DNA from: the human T2T-CHM13v2.0 reference genome, Homo sapiens
Reading direction: 5' to 3' (one strand)
Length of the DNA: 64,000 nucleotides
Assembly: GCF_009914755.1 (NCBI RefSeq)
Contig: NC_060945.1
Position 1 is the first letter of the stretch. The number at the start of each line of letters is the position of its first letter. The notes beneath the pieces were generated by a model. That model saw nothing but the letters and a program-made list of their open reading frames with translations. It did no database searches and was not told where the DNA came from. Shown one piece after another: positions 19,459 through 35,073 of this stretch. Position numbers and translations under genes: made by a program.

Positions 19459-19846
19459 TTAGAAGTTGCTGAGTTGCATATTAGATCCCAGGTTGATTTA
19501 AGGTTAATTTTGTTTTTTTTTGCTGTTGGAGTAATTTTCAGGTCACTATGTTGGCTTCTTGGTGGCCCCTGGAGCACAGCTGGCCTCCCGTCAGTCTGAG
19601 GGCCTCATGGAAAATAAACCTTTAGCAGGGGCACACAAGGAAAACAACCGGAAGTGGAGAGAAAAAGTAGCAGGAAAGGGGTCCCAGTACAGTCAAAGAT
19701 CAGCGAGTGAGCCAGGGATTGAGACAATCACTAAATCAGTGGCCTCCACTGTCCGTAACAAAGTCTGAAATAAGTTCCATAAAATCACTATTTTCCCCTC
19801 CTCTGTCACCTTAGCTGGTGCCGCCCTGCACTGGAGACTTGCAGAA

Positions 19847-20261
19847 TCATTAGTCTGTTCCTGCACTGCTATAAAAAAACACCAGAGACTGGGTAACTTA
19901 CAAAGAAAAGAGGTTTATTTGGCGCACAGTTCTGCAGGCTGCACAAGAAGCATGGCACCAGCATCTGTTTCTGGTGAGGCCTCAAGAAGCTTCCACTCAT
20001 GGCAGAGGCAAAGGGGGAGCAGACATGTCACAAGGCGAGAGAGAGCGCAAGAGAGAGAAGGAAGTGCCAAGCTCTTCAAACAATCAGCTCTCCCATGAAC
20101 TAACAGAGTGAGAGCTCACTCATCACCATGGGGATGGCACCAAGCCGTCTGTGAGGGATCCACCCCCATGACCCAAACACCTCCTGCCAGGCCCCACCTC
20201 CAATACTGGAGATCACATTTCAACATGAGATTTGGAGGGAACAAGCATCCAAATCGTATTA
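19847..20261 (-). mobile_element. MaLR solo LTR (MSTB-like)
   Basis: ATTAGTCTGTTC...GCATGGCACCAGCATCTG...TTTCAACATGAGATTTGGAGGG. Confidence 0.85.
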
Positions 20262-20284
20262 GAGAATATTAAACCAATTAGGGT

Positions 20285-20520
20285 ACAGTCAATGAAAGGC
20301 AGAATCCTAACAGCACAGACTCTGGGTCAGGACACCTGGATTCAAATCCTGGTTCCCTCAACATTTAGCCATGTGACCATGGTCCAGCCCCAGGCACTCT
20401 GTGCCTCAGTTTCCTCATCTGTAAGATGAGGATGGCAGCAGCTAACAGGCAAGTGAGGTGTAAATGAATTAATATATATGAAGCTCTTAGAAAAGTGGCA
20501 GACACACAACAAGCACTCAC
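20285..20520 (+). mobile_element. MIR
   Basis: CTGGATTCAAATCCTGG...GTGCCTCAGTTTCCTCATCTGTAAGATG. Confidence 0.85.
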
Positions 20521-20532
20521 AAACCTTTAGTC

Positions 20533-20825
<293 letters not shown>

Positions 20826-21007
20826 AACCTTTAGCCTTTATTATTCTTCAGTTCCTGCACCCTGGGAGCCCTACAGGGAAAACCTGTTTAGGGTAAGGAA
20901 GGGAACTTTTCCAGCTTCCTGCAGCCGGTGAAATGGGAAGATAATTGGAGACCCACAGAACAGGATTTGAATTGCAGCCGCTCCACATATAAGTTGCTGT
21001 GAGCTAG

Positions 21008-21049
<42 letters not shown>

Positions 21050-21353
21050 TAGTTTTAGACAAGGTCTTACTCTGTCTCCCAGGCTGGAGTGCAGTGGTTT
21101 GATCACAGCTCACTGCAGCATCGACCTCCCCAGGTTCAGGTGATTCTCCCACCTCAGCCCTGCAAGTAGCTGGGACTACAGGTGCACATTATCACATCCA
21201 GGTGATTTTTGTATTCCTTTGTAGAGACAGGGTTTCTCCATGTTGCCCAGGCTGGTCTCAAACTCCTGGGCTCAAGTGATCCACCCTCCTCAGCCTCCCA
21301 AAGTGTTAGGATTACGGATTACTGATTACAGGAGTAAGCCACTGCATCCGGCA
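21008..21353 (-). mobile_element. AluJ with (TTA)n tail
   Basis: J diagnostics; TSD TGTGAGCTA. Confidence 0.92.
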
Positions 21354-22119
21354 CTGTGAGCTATTCTAGTTATGAAGTTCTCTGAAACTCGTCCTCTTCA
21401 TCAGCTACATAGGGTTTGGCGACTTCCTGGAATTGTTGTAAGAAATGAGACTACACCATGTAGGTATTAAATAAATGTTATTTTCTTCATCTCTTCCCCT
21501 TCCTTGGGGTGCAAAGGAGGCAATCAAAGCAAACGCTACATTCTTGCAACTCTCAGAAAGCTTGTCACCCACCCAGATCAAGGCCTCAGGGTGCCCTGAT
21601 ACATCATGGCCAGCTGGGTCTAGTGATGTTTTCTTGCCAAGAAACCAAGAATCAGTGCACTTCACCAAGGCACACCCATGTGGCCTGTCCTCCAGTGCTG
21701 AGATGTCAGCCATTTTCCACCCATGGCCCAGAGAGCAGGAATCAGGAAACGCAGAGAAAACAGCGAAACGATCTTGGCCTGGAGTTCTCCTGAGCAAATC
21801 CTAATTCTAACCAAAAGTTATGGGAACAACTTGACAACTACTTCATGAGGTGATGTCCGAATCATTAGCAAGAAAGGGTAGGGCAGGTCATTTTTATATA
21901 AACATCTGAAGGATAAAGAGTGTAGATAAATGTCAAAAACAATGCCTAAAACGGCTGCCTACTGCCTGCTTACACAGCTTTTTCCTTCTTTAGACAAATG
22001 ATAAAACATCAGCACTTCTGAATATAAATCATCTTCAATTAAGACATTTCTGTTGGAAAAGCACTTTTGGCAGGACAAACGAAATATCTGCCACTGTTCT
22101 CCAACTTGGGTCTTTCAAG

Positions 22120-22880
22120 GTTGGCAGGGCGATTTATTTTTGTTGATTAAACAAAATACAAATGGAAAGGGCCTAAAAATTGATTAGCCAATTAAACTCA
22201 ATGATTCTCAACAATGAAATGTGCATTATTAGCTTTGCCAGAGTTATAAAAATGTCTCCTAGCTTTACTGCCATTTTCACGATTTACACCATTGATATTT
22301 GTGCTGACAGAAAGATTAAGGACTGGCTGATGCAAAATTTGTCTTCTCTTTTGCTGGAACGGAAGGAAGAGAAACGATTAAGGGCTTGGGCCATTTCAGG
22401 AAGAACATCTGCACTGCATTGGTAATTCTTGAAAGAACGATCTGGGTTGAGCGAGGGAGCTGTTGTCACTCATTTTGTGTGTACTTGTTCTTTAGTAAAT
22501 TACAGATTCACTAATAGGGGCCAATTTGTTGAGATGACAACAATCATAAATATCCAGATTCTTCATTTTCTCTTCTCATTTTCCGTGGGGATGAGTGTCC
22601 AGACAGGCAGCCAACCAAATGATGGGTGTCAGATGCTTTTGCAAAATCGATCCATGCACGGAGGGACGCCATGAGCCTATTTCAGTCCCGAACAGTTTTT
22701 CTTAATTGCCACCATGAGGTCAAGATCACAACTGCAATAAATTTACTTACAATAGCCCAAAACCCAGGGCAGTAGAATGCTGATGCTTCCTGGTGGTCAG
22801 AGCAGAAATGTTGCCGGCTGCTATGAATTTTTAAACTTGATTGTATATAATTGTTAATCACTGACCCATTCTGCAACCCT
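22120..22880. promoter_or_regulatory. Candidate conserved non-coding element / enhancer
   Basis: Repeat-free and AT-rich, with dense homeodomain, SOX, MEIS, YY1, ATF4-C/EBP and HNF1-like motifs; conservation not verifiable here. Confidence 0.4.
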
Positions 22881-23455
22881 TCTGGGCTGGAACATGTTGC
22901 TAGGCAACCAGTTTTGCTCTAGATACTTTCTGAAAGCTAGTGAGGCAACAACCAAGTGTCAACTAAGTAAACACTAACCATTAGAGACAGGTTCAAATAA
23001 AAAAGGGATGCCTGACTTCCTTAGAGCACATGCATCTCATGTCCTTTCTTAATGTAGACATGTATTTCCTGCGCTTACGACTTAGCAAATAAGCAATCTT
23101 AGGTTGAACTGGGGGAAATTGCCCTTTTGGTAGCTCAATTTGGCAATTCATATGGGTCAACCTAATCAGAGGGAGGTTTCCACAGTCTGTGAAATAGAAG
23201 AACTATTTTCCTCCACAAGCGTAATCATAATTGGGCTTTGCATCAATAACACATCACTTACCTAAGTCACATATTTCCTGAAATTCTTTTTATAAGAAAG
23301 AGTTGGGAGAGGCAATCTGCTGGCAAATGCCTGAATAAGAAATCACAGTTATTTTTCCATTTTAGACTAACACAATCTGATTTGACCGATTCTTGTACAA
23401 TATCCACGCATTCCCCACCTTTTCAAATGTTCAGCGACTCAGGAAAGGGAACTAA

Positions 23456-23687
<232 letters not shown>

Positions 23688-23989
23688 TAAATGCATTTTT
23701 TTAAAATTGAGATCAGGAACCCCAGAGGACATCCTGAAGATGAGGACAGAACTGCCAACTGCATGAAAGAAGTTCATTTAGGAGGAAAGAGGAAGGAAGG
23801 CAGCATGTTGGTATCATGGCATGATGCTATCCTTGGGAAGCAAGTGAAGTCTAATGACTCTCCGTGTCCCAGGCAGCTGAGAGCCTCACAGTCAAGAAAT
23901 GCTAAAGAAACAGAATGGCCCTATGTTAGTTTACAGAATATCTCCAGGAGGTTCTTAGAATGAATTACCACTGGGAGTACAGAATAACA

Positions 23990-24270
23990 ACCAGCTTAGG
24001 CAGTGCATGCGCACAGGTGATTAACCTCATTAGGAAAGAATTGGGAAAAAATTATGAGGTGAAGGGAGAACTCGCAGTGAAGTTTAAGGTTAGATTGCTG
24101 GCCTTATTGAGCAGGTGTGAACAGCTATGCAATTTTAATTTTTAGCAAGCAAAATCAATTATTTCTAGGATTACTACATAACAATTTATAAACTAGACAC
24201 ATGTAAACTTTTTATTGGGCAAATGGCAAATTGCCTTAAAAGGACAATAGAAAGTTTGTCATCCATTCCC
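23990..24270. promoter_or_regulatory. Candidate enhancer
   Basis: NRF1-like, T-box, ONECUT/PBX, SOX, FOX and CDX/HOX13-like motifs in unique sequence. Confidence 0.35.
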
Positions 24271-24329
24271 AGATGAGTCCTCTTAAAATAGAACCAAGCT
24301 TTCTGTTTAGTCTGGATTTGCTTTACTAC

Positions 24330-24560
24330 CTACTTGTAATTAAAAAGTTTAAAAAAATCAATCCATACAGAAACATGTAGAGTTAAAAGTGAACAAATTA
24401 TATCCTCATTGTCACTCCCCAGAGGTAACTGCCAATTTGTTTGCCTACTTTTCACAAAAGTCACATCGTAATACATATCCTGGCGACTTGCTTTTTCACT
24501 CAACATTATAGCACAGAAACTACTTTTAAATGGAGTCCTCTGGAACATTTCAGTATTCAC
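24330..24560 (-). mobile_element. L1ME-like remnant
   Basis: CCCCAGAGGTAAC and GACTTGCTTTTTCACTCAACATTAT. Confidence 0.5.
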
Positions 24561-25344
24561 CAGCCAACGTGTCCACAATTTCAAAATAAAGCTTCTTTTT
24601 GTTTTTCTTTTTTTGTCTTTTTTGTTCAAAATAAAGCTTCTAAGTTGGTAAGAATCATCCCCTACCCATGAGTTTACAACAATTTAAAGACCACCAAAAC
24701 AATGATCAATTATTCATCTTTCCAAAAGCTCCAAAGCACGCTGTCAGAAGCCAAAGTGTTTCAACTCCATAGATGTGTCAAGGAAATCCAGCCCAACACA
24801 AATGGGGTGGAGGCAGCTAGCTGACACCCCAAATGCGTGGCTTAAGTTGGAATCCTAAAGGAAAGATGACTACATCACCCAAAAAGAGATAAATGAAATC
24901 CAGAAACATCGAAGACTCAAGAAATATTAAGAGCCAACTGCTAAATTAGATTCTGAAACTATCTGCTATGCACTAGGAAAAGAATGTGATTTCTACAAGG
25001 ACATTTTTAACTACCTGTGAAAGAAATCGTGAGCCTGGTGGGAACAAGCAACTATTGAGACAAGGAACAAAAACAGCTTCGTGAGCATTAGGACTGTCAC
25101 AACTGTGGTCTGCACAACTTAGATTCCACATTGCTTCAACTCAAGAATTGCTAAACCATATTCTTTACTTGAATTCTGGAGAAAACGGTCCTAATAGCTC
25201 AATGAACAGAATTTTAAAAAGCCACTTCCCCTCTCTAGACATTAGTTTTCTTGTCTATAAAATGAGAGGACTTGATTTAAAAAAACTCTAAAATCTGCAA
25301 CATGATTTATTCCTGTGATTCTGTCTGGTTATAATTATGCATGT

Positions 25345-25472
25345 GGATGGATGATTGGATGGATGGATGGATGGATGGATGGATGGACGGAGGGGCGGGC
25401 GGATGGACGGACGGACGGATGAATGGAAGGATGGATGGATAGATGGATGGATGGATGGATGGAAGGATGGAT
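25345..25472. repeat. (TGGA)n microsatellite with (CGGA)/GC-rich interruptions
   Basis: Directly visible. Confidence 0.95.
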
Positions 25473-25478
25473 GAGCGG

Positions 25479-25674
25479 CAGAGGTCTGCTGGAGTGGGAT
25501 TGTATAGGCTTGTGACCAATTGTTAAAGTTTTAGGAATTTTGTAGACCAGTTGATATCATGCTGATAGCTTGGAATTGGCGATGATGGGAAAATTTATAC
25601 CATAGAAATCGACAAAACACTACAAATCAGGCCTCTTTATTCACCTTGGGAGCCAATTTACTAACACGCCACTG
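25479..25674 (+). mobile_element. MER63A (hAT-Blackjack)
   Basis: CAGAGGTCTGCTGGAG...GGAATTTTG...CTACAAATCAGG...CACGCCACTG. Confidence 0.75.
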
Positions 25675-26654
25675 AAGGAAGTGAAAAAGGAAGGATAAGA
25701 AGAGGAGAAGAAAGACAAAGAAACAGTACCTGTAAGTGCCTACAAAGTCCTCCAAGTGGGCTGTTCCCCCATATCTCCACATTGATACACTTCATATTTT
25801 CTCTGCTTGAAACCCTATTCCCCACTGGGATTCCCTGCCTGTTTTCCCTCTTTTAGAAAAGCCATTCCCGGCGTCTGCCCTCCACCTGAGATGCCCCTAC
25901 ACGTGCTCTCACAGCATGCAGTAATTACCCCTCTCCACCCTCCTAGGGAACACCTACTATACAGTGCGGCCATTGTCCATTTAGTCAGCCCTGCTAAAGC
26001 ATCAGCTAATTCTGCACAGCAGCTATGCATTTTAGCTCTTGGTGCTTAACGCCCAACACAAAGACAGGCACATAGCCACCATCCAATCAATCGATTTTAA
26101 ATTAAAGCAATGGTTTTAGCTGCAAGGCAGAGCAAAAACATCTGATGATAAAAGGTTCAGCCTCCAAGAGCAGCACTTCTATCCTGGTCATCATTGGGTA
26201 GCTTAAGCTTTTCGGGTCCACTTTCCCTTACATTGTGATTTACCATTAAATCAGTTAACCTACTCTTGTCACAAAGCAGTGTAGTGTGTCACTGGCCCAC
26301 TTTGTTTATTTCTTTGCTACTCAATGACATCCACATGTCACTATGAGTTGCATTTTTAAACAAGGAATTAACTGTCTCTGTCCTGGATTTACCCAAGGGA
26401 GGCTTGGGATGCACCCTTGGGCTCTATTGCCTAATACACTAAAGTGACTTGGAGCAAACTGCTTAAACTTTCTCATCCTTAGCTACCCAATCCACTAAAT
26501 GAAGACAGAAGACTAGAAATAGCACAGACAAGAAAGAAACCACCACATTGCCGCATGCCAGAGTAAAGGCAGGGACACCAGCCAGCCCTGACCTTGGCAG
26601 TGGCTGCAAATGGAGCCACACCCTTCTATCACCTTTGGAAGGAAGGAGGGAAAG

Positions 26655-27185
<531 letters not shown>

Positions 27186-27289
27186 CACAAGTGTGTACAG
27201 GTCCTATACACTCAACAATAAGATTTAACCCAGATGCCAAAGGTATAGTCAACACTTCCAAGTTAAGCCATAGCTCCTTGTTGGGGTAC

Positions 27290-28582
<1,293 letters not shown>

Positions 28583-28864
28583 TAGTGATGGCTTCTGGTG
28601 GGAGGTGGGAGGAGAGAGCGCAGAGTGGGAGCCCAGAAGCACAACAGAAGGGTGATGCAATATGCAAGCTGACGCTCAGGACACGCCTACCTGCCTGCCC
28701 ATGTGCATCTGGTAAAGTGAATTTGAAGCTTGCCGGTCCTCAGCTGAACCAGAAGCACCCCTAGTCAAGGCCAACGTAACACTGAAAACAGCATGGGAGC
28801 CCTTGGCAGTGACCCAGAGCAATGTAAGGACTGTGCTAATCATGAGATTATAAGAAGAACAGAT

Positions 28865-29070
28865 ACCATTTACTGAGTAGCTACTGTGCCAGGCCCTGGG
28901 CACTGTGTATATATAATCATGGTCACACTGGTAATGAAAGTGTTGCGCCCATTTTACAGATGAGGATACAGAGGCTCAGACACTAAGCAGCCTGCCCCAG
29001 GTCACACAGCTGGTAAATGAAGGACAGGAACCCAAGTGTATCTGGCTGTAAAGGCCATGGTCTTGGTATC
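28865..29070 (-). mobile_element. MIR
   Basis: CCCATTTTACAGATGAGGATACAGAGGCTCAGA. Confidence 0.85.
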
Positions 29071-29898
29071 ACACCATGGCGGGCTGTCTCTCTGGCTCCT
29101 TCCTGAAGTCCTCAGACTTATGTTTAGAAAAAAGGAGATATTTTATAAACATAAGCAAACATAAGTAGGCCAAAACTAACAGGACTTGCAGCAAATGGTG
29201 CTGCAGTCCCCACCACCATGGGATCAAGCACCCTCCCACTCCTTTGTTTTATGAAATCTGAGGTCTTGAAAAGACACATACGCACTGCACCCCACGCTTC
29301 AACCCGAGATTCAGTGTGTAAAAGACAGAGTGGGTCTCGTGCCAAGAAGTTGGAGCCAGTTTATTTTAGTCTCAATGTTAAGACAGCCAGCACCAGGTTG
29401 AGGCTGAGAATTGCTCCTTCTAATTAAAACTTTATTTTCAAACACATGTCACAGTTTCAACATGGTGAGACTCATTTTTTGCTATGTGGATTTCTAAGAG
29501 TAGAAGCAGCTGCTTCTACTGACAGTCTCTTCCATTCATTTTGGGACAACCAGAGGATCCCAAGGGGCCAAGATTGGTTTTATATGCAGGACAGGAGCAA
29601 TGTGAGCTCTGTGAGCATTCAAGATACCTACAAAATCAAGAAAAATGAGACACTATCATCAATCTAGCTGATATCGCAAGAGGCACTGCTTCATGACAGA
29701 GTCCGTGCATCCAGTCAAGGAGCAGCCTGACAAATCTGCACATAGGACCAGAGACAATGTCCCTTGTCCCCATCTGGTGGGAAAGTAAGGTCCAATATAA
29801 GAAACTCCCAAGCAGATCCAAGGCAGCCTTGGAAAAAGGGACTGAACCAAGTCATTATGGAACCCTGGTCATTGCTGGAAAAGGAGTGAGAAAATCCA

Positions 29899-30231
29899 AT
29901 GCCATAGGCTGAAAGGTTGGGTCCCCTGCAGAACTCACACTTTCAAATCCTCACCTGAAATGTGATGGCCTTTGAAAGGTGATCAGTCATAAGGTGCAAT
30001 CCTCATGTATGGGATTAGTGCTCTTATAAAACAGACCCCAAAGAACACCCTCACTCTTCTACCAGGTGAGGACACGGCAAAAGTTGGCTGTCTATGAGCC
30101 AGGAAGCCAGCCCTCACCAGACACAAATCTGCTGGCTCCCTGATCTTGGACTTCCCAGCCACCAGAACTGTGTTGTTTACATGCCACCCAGTCTGTGGTA
30201 TTCTGTGACAGCAACCCAAACAGATGAAGAC
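29899..30231 (+). mobile_element. MaLR solo LTR (MLT1A-like)
   Basis: ATGGGATTAGTGCTCTTATAAAA...GATCTTGGACTTCCCAGCC...AAGACA. Confidence 0.85.
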
Positions 30232-30748
30232 ACCCACTAAGAACACTGTACCCCAACTGCCTGTCACTTTGCGTGTCCCCCACAGGACTCCACAAAGAGG
30301 CTTCTGGGCTGGGGACTGTGTGTGCTTTGCTCCCCGGTTCATCTGCAGGCACATACCCGCAGGTATGAGCTCAATACGTCAACACCTGCTGGTTGAATTG
30401 GCACAATGGAGCTAGCACTGTGGGTGGCCTCCAAACCCAGCTTGCCTCTGCCTCCGGGGCAGGGACATTACTTAAACAGCAGCTCTTAACCAATGTGAAA
30501 ATCAGGGAGAAACACACAAAGGAAGGACTGAGGAAGGCTGAAAGAGCAAACTACTATGGGTTTCAAATCCTTTAGTAGTAAACCTACTCAAGGCCCAGCT
30601 ATTAAAGCAGGCCCCAAAGTCCACAGCACTGTGCATCCTGTAATCTCAGCTTCCTGCTCCTCCAGGAAGGGAGGCCTGAGAGACTTTCTAGGACCGTGAC
30701 CCCAGCCATGGCCATCTTCACGTTCTGAGGCTCCCCCAGTACAGCCAG

Positions 30749-31131
30749 TGCTGTGACCTAAATGTTTGTGCCCCACCTCTCCAAATTCCTATCTCCCTGA
30801 AATCCTAGCCCCTTAGGTGATGGTATCAGGAGGTGGGGCCTTTCGGAGGTGACTGGGTAGGAGGGCAGAGCCCTTGTGAATGGGATTAGTGTGCTTATAC
30901 AAGAGGTCTCAGAGTACAAGCCAGTCCCTTCCACCATGTAAGGACTCAGTGAGAAGACAGTCTTCTACGAACCAGGAAGCAGGTCTTCACCAGACACCAA
31001 ATCTGCCAGTGCCTTGATCTTGGACTTTCCAGCCTCCAGAACCGTGAGCCAAATAAACTTCTGTTCTTTATAAATTACCCAATCTCTGAATAATTTCATT
31101 CTTTCAGAGTAGCAAAACACAGACTAAGACA
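30749..31131 (+). mobile_element. MaLR solo LTR (MLT1A-like)
   Basis: TGCTGTG...GGAGGTGGGGCCTTT...CAGACTAAGACA. Confidence 0.85.
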
Positions 31132-31344
31132 AGCACCAATCGTAGCATAACACATCCACTGAGGAACAGAGACTGAAGAGCAAGTGTAGAGCAACACGCT
31201 GCCTTCCCACAAACCAGGGCATGCCTCACTCCATGCCTCGCACACATTCCAACTGGTCCCCAGAAAGGAGTCCCAGGGGCTTCTCAGACATGGGCTATTC
31301 TCATCCTCACATCTTACAACACAGAACATAAAATAACTCTGACC

Positions 31345-31360
31345 CCAAGAGGTGGCACTA
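31345..31360 (+). promoter_or_regulatory. Candidate CTCF site
   Basis: CCAAGAGGTGGCACTA versus the CTCF core CCASYAGRKGGCRS. Confidence 0.4.
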
Positions 31361-31734
31361 CTGGGTGGACAATTTTTAACTCACTGTAGCATTGTCCAGG
31401 AGCCTATAAAATTCATGTGCTCATTCCGAGACAAAAAAATGAAAACATTTAATACACTGTTGCCTGAGAGTGTGGAGAGAGGAGGCAGAGAGAAAGCAAA
31501 ACGCTAACTCTGGGATAACAGATCAAAATTCAGACCTGGAATCTCTAATGACCATATTCTCTCTGTTGGACTCCAGCAGCCGCCATTGTATCAGGAACCT
31601 CAATAAGCTCTCACATCCTCAGAGACAGCCTGCCCTCTAGAGACAGCACACTCCTGAAGGGAGGGGCTTGTACGGCTTGTGTCCCAGGGAAGCAGCAAGG
31701 TGCCAACAATTCCAACACCACCACCACCAACAGC

Positions 31735-31930
31735 CACTGGGTGCCAACCACGGCCAGATACTGGTCTAAGCCCCCACACGTATTAGCACACTAAAGCTTC
31801 GCACCTACCTGAGGGGTAGGTGCTACTAACATTCCTACTTTGCAGATGAGGAAACCCAGGCACGAAGGGGGTGAGTTCCCTGTACAAGGTGACGGTCCAG
31901 CTCCAGAACCTTTCCTCTTAGCTCTACGCC
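31735..31930 (-). mobile_element. MIR
   Basis: TTTGCAGATGAGGAAACCCAGGCAC. Confidence 0.7.
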
Positions 31931-33127
31931 CTGCCTAACCACATGTTCGCAGTGCCTGGTTCTCTGATTCCCTGATTCCAAGCAACCATCTTCACATACA
32001 CGATCTGCTCCCCTGTGGGCTCAGAACAAGCTGCACACCACTGAGTGGAAACCAATAGCACATCTCACCCCTCTTCCACCTGAGGATTCACCATTCAAAA
32101 CCAGTTCTTGTCCACAATAAAATATGAACTGTGGGGAGGGAGGTGCCATAAGGCACTGTGAAACCAGCGTCCCTTTAGGAGGAATGGGAGTCCCAGCCAT
32201 CCAGCACTGGAACGCAGGACACTTTCCACTCTGGATCATCCTGGGGAAAAAATGAAAACGCTCGCCCTCTGACAGCCAGTCAGTGGCCCCCAAGGAACTC
32301 CCCACCATCCCTCTGAAAGCCAGCTGCACCGGCGTCATCCTGCCCTCAAATCTGAGGCTGCATTTAGAACCTGAAGCAGCAGAAATGAGCGTCCCGCTGT
32401 CCTGCATCATCCTACAGGGTCAGGACGAAGGGGACAAAGGGTGCGTCAGCACCTCCACCAGCCTGTCCCTCCTTGGGCAGCAAGATTTACAAAGCATTTA
32501 ATTTAGGTCCGACAAATATTATGTGCCCTGAGGTGCTGCTCTGGGCTTGGTTGTGCCTTTTTACATTCATCTGCTCCTCAGTGACCACTGCCCAATCACC
32601 CATGTCACGGGCTTGGCAGCCAGGCTCAGGTGGAAGCTTCCTGCATCCGTCCTCTCCACTGAGGAGGGGAACAGGCTGGGCCATCCTTCCTGATGGGAAG
32701 CCCAAGGACCAGTAAAGCCTGGTGGTCTTTGATGTGGGGCAGTCCCAGGGCAGAAGCACTTTGTGCAAAGCTGCCTCGTCCACAGCCTGAGATGTAATGA
32801 GAGTCATATCACCACTCAGGCCCCCGCATGTCACACGAGGGAGCACTGAGACCTTTCTGCTGTGTGGCCGCTTTGCCCAACTCCTCACCGGGGCCACAGG
32901 AGTCTCCACCTAGGGTCAGGAGAGGACAGGCAGTGGTGCTAGCTAAGACTTGGTGACACAGCCACAGCAGTTCTCTCCTTGGAATGTGGGATGGCAGATC
33001 TTCAGGGGCTGGGAAAGGAGGCACTGGAGGTCACGCCTAGCTTCACAGGTGCTTGACAACCTGGCTGCCCATCAGTTTTGTTCAGGGCTGGGGGCAATCC
33101 AGGTGATAAATCCTGACTGGTCCAGTC

Positions 33128-33977
<850 letters not shown>

Positions 33978-34214
33978 ACTTGATCCTTTTAAAACACAAA
34001 AATGTAGGAAGAAATCTATAGTCTATTTGTAACTCCTGACCTCAGGTGATCCACCCACTTCGGCCTCCCGAAGTGCTGGGATTACAGGAAACCAGGGTTT
34101 TCATCCCCACTTCACAGCAGAGGGAGGGCATGTGAAAGAGTAGTCGCTGAGAAGGCAGGAGACTGTCAGGCAGGAATGTCTATGCCGACGCTGGGCACAG
34201 GACTGAGTACTCCA

Positions 34215-34335
34215 GGGAGCTTTACAATTGGTCCTCATAGCTACCCTTATTCTCGTTTCACAGACTGGGAAACTGAGGCACATAATGAACACATTCTGCT
34301 TAGAAGAGCTGGGATTTGAATCCAGGCAGTCCGAC
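34215..34335 (-). mobile_element. MIR fragment
   Basis: TTTCACAGACTGGGAAACTGAGGCAC...GGGATTTGAATCCAGGCAG. Confidence 0.75.
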
Positions 34336-34455
34336 CCCAGTCAGTGTATTCAGGGGGATGGGGAGGGAGATACAAAATTATATCTGTATTCTGTGTGATC
34401 CTCATATGTACAGACAGAAAAAAGAAAAGGAAGAGGAGGAAGGGGAAACGGGAGG

Positions 34456-34801
34456 TGTATTAATCTGCTCTCACACTGCTAATAAAGACATACATGAGAC
34501 TGGGTAATTTATAAAGGAAAGAAGTTTCATGGACTCAGTTCCACATGGCTGGGGAGGCCTCACTATCACAGCGGAAGGTGAAGGAGGAGCAAACTCATGT
34601 CTTACATGGTGACGGGCAAAAGAGCATATGCCAGGGAACTGCCATTTATAAAACCATCAGATCTCGTGAGACTTATTCACTACCAGAACAGTATGAGGGA
34701 AACCATCCCCATGATTCAATTATCTCCACCTGGCCCCATCTTGGCATGTGGGGATTATTATAATTCAAGGTGAGATTTGGGTGGGGACACAAATCTTATC
34801 C
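34456..34801 (-). mobile_element. THE1 solo LTR (THE1B/C-like)
   Basis: TGTATTAATCTG...ATAAAACCATCAGATCTCGTGAGAC...GAGATTTGGGTGGGGACACA. Confidence 0.9.
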
Positions 34802-35073
34802 GGAAGGGAGAGGAGGAAAGAGGAGAACAAGGGAAAAACATAGATATATAAGAGAAAAAAAGACAGGAAAACATAAGTGAAAAATGTTAACAGCAGCTAT
34901 TCATAAGTGGCAAAATTATGGATAACTTTTGTTTTCTTCTCTATGCCTTCCTGTATTGTATTCTCTCCAAGGAAAATGCATGCTACAATCAGAAAAAAAA
35001 AAATACTTGCCAAGCATATATTTCAAGATTTTCGTCAGCACCAGCCAACTAAACGGTAACAATAATAACTGTG

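Noticed and set aside
25675-25740. Purine-rich stretch ending in CCT|GTAAGT
   Set aside because: No upstream acceptor; it is preceded by MER63A and a microsatellite
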